A DNA stretch of 64,000 nt from a virus. The notes under the pieces were generated by a model. That model was not told the origin of the DNA, ran no database searches, and saw nothing but the letters and a program-made list of their open reading frames with translations. Shown in pieces: positions 60,646 to 64,000 of this stretch. A program made the translations under genes and the position numbers. The stretch lies in the UHGV virus genome UHGV-1363143; one strand, written 5' to 3'. Position 1 is the first letter of the stretch. Each line of letters begins with the position of its first letter.

Positions 60646-62022
60646 GTGATAATTATGGCTTTAATAAAAGGAAAGCAAATAGAATCCATAATCGCTTCTC
60701 AAGTTATAGAAACAGATGATAAAAAATTTGTATCTCAAGCTGAGAAAGATGAATGGAACAATAATAGTGGTAATGGATTGACAGATGAAATACTTGCCAA
60801 AATTAACAAAGCTGACGAACTAAAACATAGTCATGATAATAAAGAAATTATTGATAAATTCTCTTTAGTAGATGGTGTTCTTTTATTTGATGGAAAAGAA
60901 ATCGAAGGATCTGCTGGAGAACCAGGACAAGATGGTAAATCAGCTTATGACATCTGGCTTGAAGAAGGTAACACTGGAACTGTAGAAAAATTTCTACAAT
61001 CTCTTATAGGACCACAAGGTAATACAGGGAATGACGGTAATAGTATAGAGCTTAGAAAAACTGCCACTAGTATCGAATGGAGACAAGTTCCACATAAAAT
61101 TATAACTGCAGATTTTAATGCAAGTAAAACTATGATGACAGCAAAATCAAGTGATATCCTAGAAAAAGTAGTTATAAATTCTTTTCCAAGAAAAGCTAAA
61201 TATGCTCAAATAAAAACAATAACTGTTTACGGAGCAGATAAGGATGGAAAAGATCTAATAAACTCAAATCCTTCTATATCTACAGCTCCTCCTGGAGTGA
61301 CGTTCCCTGAGTTTGGTGGATTTGATCCTGTTACATCAGAAAAAATAGATTTAACTATCAATCCTGAAATAATAGGTAATGCAAGTATAAAAACTATAAT
61401 GGAAACTTATTTGCCAGACTTGCAAAAGTATAATCCAGAAGTAACTCATGTAAATAAGTTTTGTTTATGGGTTCATTTTTTAGATGAAAACAATGAAGAT
61501 ATTAAATTTGTTACAGCTTACTGTCATATAACAGATAGTAGAACTGGCACAAAAACAATAGATGTAGATAGTGAATGGAAAGAATTAATACCATTAGCAG
61601 CTATCACTGGTAAAGATGGAGAACAAGGTCCTCAAGGGCCACAAGGAGAGATTCCTAATATAGATCACTTAGCAACTAAAGAATATGTAACTGAAGCTAT
61701 TAATAAAATAAATGGAAACAATCATAGCCATACAAACAAAGAAGATGTTTTAGATAAATTATCTGTTGTTGATGGAAAACTTAATTTTGATAATATTCCA
61801 ATCCAATCAGAGATAGCTTCAATAAATACATCAGATATTCAAGAATACGCAGCTTCATTAATAAACGGTGAAGAACAGCTATTAATAACTAGGGAAGATG
61901 GTTCTATATATTTTACTAACGGAAAAGGTTCATATATACAATGCGGTGTTTCAAAAGAAAAGTACGACAAACTCGAACAAAGATTAATAGAATTAGAGAA
62001 TATTATTAAGGCAGCCAACTAA
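60646..62022 (+). CDS. tail-fibre-like protein displaced into replication region
   Basis: N-terminal ..KKFVSQAEKDEW.. parallels ..KQFVSAAEKAEY.. of the 21188 fibre. Short collagen-like GEPGQDGKSAYDIWLEEGNTG and [14 protein letters not shown]. Two HSH repeats (KHSHDNKEIIDKFSLVDG / NHSHTNKEDVLDKLSVVDG). Confidence 0.5.
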   Translation: MIIMALIKGKQIESIIASQVIETDDKKFVSQAEKDEWNNNSGNGLTDEILAKINKADELKHSHDNKEIIDKFSLVDGVLLFDGKEIEGSAGEPGQDGKSAYDIWLEEGNTGTVEKFLQSLIGPQGNTGNDGNSIELRKTATSIEWRQVPHKIITADFNASKTMMTAKSSDILEKVVINSFPRKAKYAQIKTITVYGADKDGKDLINSNPSISTAPPGVTFPEFGGFDPVTSEKIDLTINPEIIGNASIKTIMETYLPDLQKYNPEVTHVNKFCLWVHFLDENNEDIKFVTAYCHITDSRTGTKTIDVDSEWKELIPLAAITGKDGEQGPQGPQGEIPNIDHLATKEYVTEAINKINGNNHSHTNKEDVLDKLSVVDGKLNFDNIPIQSEIASINTSDIQEYAASLINGEEQLLITREDGSIYFTNGKGSYIQCGVSKEKYDKLEQRLIELENIIKAAN

Positions 62023-62035
62023 AGGCTGCTTTTTC
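62011..62035 (+). terminator. rho-independent terminator (stop codon in loop)
   Basis: GCAGCC-aactaaa-GGCTGC followed by TTTTTC. Confidence 0.7.
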
Positions 62036-62105
62036 ATTAGTTTGTTTTTGAACTTTTGCATAATATAGTTATATATGAAAAAAAATAAAAAACGGAGGAT
62101 ATAAT

Positions 62106-63242
62106 ATGTTGAAGCGTAGAGATTTTAAAGTATACCGCTTCAAGACAATGAACAAAACTATTATATACGTAGGCTACACAGGAAAAGCTATTATAGAAAG
62201 ATTCCTTGAACATGCTAAAGATAAATACTGGATAAACGAAGTTGTTGAAGTGGAAGAGTGCACTATAGAAAATGAGGCACAAGCAAGGTTAGTAGAGATG
62301 TACTACATAAACTCTCTTAAACCTATATTTAATGCAAAGGATAAGTTTGCAGGAGCTATCCTAAGTAAATTAAGACCTCAGGAGAAGAAATTTACTCATA
62401 GTTTTTATGTATTAAATGGGACTGCTACAACTTGTGTAGCTAGAACTAATGACGATTATACATTAGTAAATTTTATTCAAGTTGTTGATACTCATATAGG
62501 TATGTATTACGATTCATACTTAAACCTATATTATTCAGCAAATGATATATGTAAAGCTCTAGACATCAAATCAAAAGATTTAATTAATTTGGCTAAAAAT
62601 AATGATATGTTTATCAAGACTTCATACGATTACGTGCATAAAGGAAAAGATAAAACATCAGATTTATATTTATGTACTTATGAAGCAATAGATAGTATTT
62701 TGGCATTATCAAATAGTGAATTTAAAGCTCAATGTAGAAATAGATTATCCATCTCAAGAAGATGTGCTGATATAGCTGTTATTTATAAAAATCCAGAAGA
62801 AGCTCTTTCTGTTAAGACAACTTATGATGAGCAACTAAGATTCTTATCTGGTAATAGATATGAAGATTCAAACATAAAAAGAAGATTAGTATTTAAGGCA
62901 CTTAACTGTGATAGAGGAATGGAAGTTGTAGTACATTCATATAACCAACAAATGAATACCTATGATATAAAATTCCCAGCAGAAATATTGGCCTGCGATA
63001 TTTTCTCTATGGTAGAAGATTTAAGTAACGAATACAATCTTTCTTATAAAGACGTATTCTCAGAATTCAATGAATTTCTGATTAAATATAAAAACCTTAA
63101 CTTTTGGCAAATCAACAATTCTACAAAAAAGAAGTTTAAAGACTTCTCATTACAATCTCATTTTATAGTAGCCTTAAATAAAGATCTACTATATAATCAT
63201 TTCTTAGAATTCTATAATAAAAATATTGAGAATGCGGCTTAA
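62106..63242 (+). CDS. GIY-YIG family homing endonuclease
   Basis: N-terminal IIYVGYTGKAIIERFLEHAK ... YYINSLKPIFN gives the GIY-YIG Y...Y..R..EH...N signature. A long C-terminal region could bind DNA. Flanked by strong terminators on both sides. Confidence 0.6.
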   Translation: MLKRRDFKVYRFKTMNKTIIYVGYTGKAIIERFLEHAKDKYWINEVVEVEECTIENEAQARLVEMYYINSLKPIFNAKDKFAGAILSKLRPQEKKFTHSFYVLNGTATTCVARTNDDYTLVNFIQVVDTHIGMYYDSYLNLYYSANDICKALDIKSKDLINLAKNNDMFIKTSYDYVHKGKDKTSDLYLCTYEAIDSILALSNSEFKAQCRNRLSISRRCADIAVIYKNPEEALSVKTTYDEQLRFLSGNRYEDSNIKRRLVFKALNCDRGMEVVVHSYNQQMNTYDIKFPAEILACDIFSMVEDLSNEYNLSYKDVFSEFNEFLIKYKNLNFWQINNSTKKKFKDFSLQSHFIVALNKDLLYNHFLEFYNKNIENAA

Positions 63243-63266
63243 ATGGCACTCGCACGCTACTCAGTT

Positions 63267-63305
63267 AAAAAAAAGTGGACCAGGTGAAATCCTGGTCCTT
63301 TTTGT
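63267..63305. terminator. bidirectional rho-independent terminator
   Basis: AAAAAAAA-GTGGACCAGG-tgaaat-CCTGGTCC-TTTTT. Confidence 0.8.
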
Positions 63306-63325
63306 GTACTACAAATACTATTAAT

Positions 63326-63502
63326 TTATTTTATAGTTATTTCATTATTATTAATAGTTAATTCAATTGCAGTTAAACAGTTATCACAATCATGGATAAC
63401 CTTTTTATTCATTTCTCTAATAGTAATAGTATCGCCTTCATAATACATAAGATTACATTCTGGGCATTGAAAAGTGTTTTTTATTATCTTTGTCTCACTC
63501 AT
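63326..63502 (-). CDS. 58-aa zinc-ribbon protein (not in ORF track)
   Basis: AAGGAG RBS. Product MSETKIIKNTFQCPECNLMYYEGDTITIREMNKKVIHDCDNCLTAIELTINNNEITIK with CPEC...CDNC. Confidence 0.45.
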   Translation of the reverse strand: MSETKIIKNTFQCPECNLMYYEGDTITIREMNKKVIHDCDNCLTAIELTINNNEITIK

Positions 63503-63562
63503 GCGTTGTCTCCTTTATACTCTTTTAAATTAAGTACTGTAGCACACATTAGTGAGATGCAT

Positions 63563-63835
63563 TTAAACTCTGCTTAAAAAATCCATAGCACTTTCTAAAC
63601 ATTCTATATCATAACGTTTATTCTTATCTTCTATAGTCTCTGGAAAACCAGTATAGTCTTCTACACTATCTGAAATTGATCTAATTAATTGTTGTAAGTA
63701 ATATATAGTTACACTCTTGTGTTTTGAATATAAAATAGGTTTATTTTTTTCAGCTTTATAAGCACCCCTATATTCTCCAACTTTAAATGCAAGTATTGTT
63801 ATAAATAATAAAAAAATAATATCAAATATCATCAA
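63563..63835 (-). CDS. small membrane protein (N-terminal TM helix)
   Basis: MMIFDIIFLLFITILAFKV... GGAG RBS. Confidence 0.4.
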   Translation of the reverse strand: MMIFDIIFLLFITILAFKVGEYRGAYKAEKNKPILYSKHKSVTIYYLQQLIRSISDSVEDYTGFPETIEDKNKRYDIECLESAMDFLSRV

Positions 63836-63844
63836 TTTGACTCC

Positions 63845-64000
63845 TTAATATCTGTTGCGAGATGATTCGCAATACTTATTTAATTCTTTTTTAAAGCTAT
63901 CATAATTTTCATTAGATCTCTTTTCAATATCCTTTTCCATAAGAAATATCTTATTTGCTAGAAACTCAGCAATCATATGATTCACTTCTCTTTTAGCATG
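63845..64000 (-). CDS. hypothetical protein, 5'-partial at window end
   Basis: Open minus-strand frame running into the window edge. It ends ..KYCESSRNRY just upstream of the RBS of the 63835 gene. Confidence 0.3.
   Translation of the reverse strand, partial: HAKREVNHMIAEFLANKIFLMEKDIEKRSNENYDSFKKELNKYCESSRNRY

Noticed and set aside
1-64000. CRISPR arrays, tRNA genes, integrase/excisionase
   Set aside because: No regularly spaced short repeats were found. No GC-rich ~75-nt islands lie in the intergenic regions. No tyrosine or serine recombinase motifs occur in any ORF.

Overview
This is a strongly AT-rich, densely packed window that reads as part of a large tailed phage or prophage of a low-GC Firmicute, in Clostridium-like codon style. 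Almost everything lies on the + strand, in two functional blocks. The first block (1-45.8 kb) is a late/structural module. It holds a 5'-partial tail tape-measure-like giant ORF and a run of baseplate-type proteins, including a baseplate-J-like protein and a 1731-aa giant. It also holds a coiled-coil fibre, three paralogous collagen-like (Gly-X-Y) tail fibres with their chaperones, and a two-TM holin. The fibre 2 and 3 cassettes, each carrying its own terminator, form a tandem duplication, and a 130-nt deletion at CTAG microhomology apparently converts a two-gene chaperone arrangement into a fused chaperone. No endolysin follows the holin; instead there are about 14.6 kb of large uncharacterised structural-like proteins. 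One of these carries 11 tandem copies of a 20-aa repeat. The second block (46-62 kb) is a replication/recombination module. It holds an AEP primase-polymerase with a PriCT domain, a RecA-fold helicase, zinc-finger proteins, a metallophosphatase, a Cas4-like Fe-S nuclease, a DUF1064-like nuclease, a phage sigma factor, a small HExxH peptidase, RecJ and DnaE (Pol III alpha). It ends with a displaced fibre-like gene and a free-standing GIY-YIG homing endonuclease. Between the blocks I found an unannotated ribbon-helix-helix gene on the minus strand, transcribed divergently from a sigma-A-like promoter. That promoter embeds a CTAG-centred palindrome that recurs, as its reverse complement, in front of the RecJ/DnaE operon. 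Other ORFs missing from the track are an XkdX-like 44-aa protein, a 51-aa Lys/Cys-rich basic protein and a 58-aa zinc-ribbon protein. No CRISPR array, tRNA, reverse transcriptase or integrase is visible. All functional calls rest on motifs read by eye; no database search was possible.
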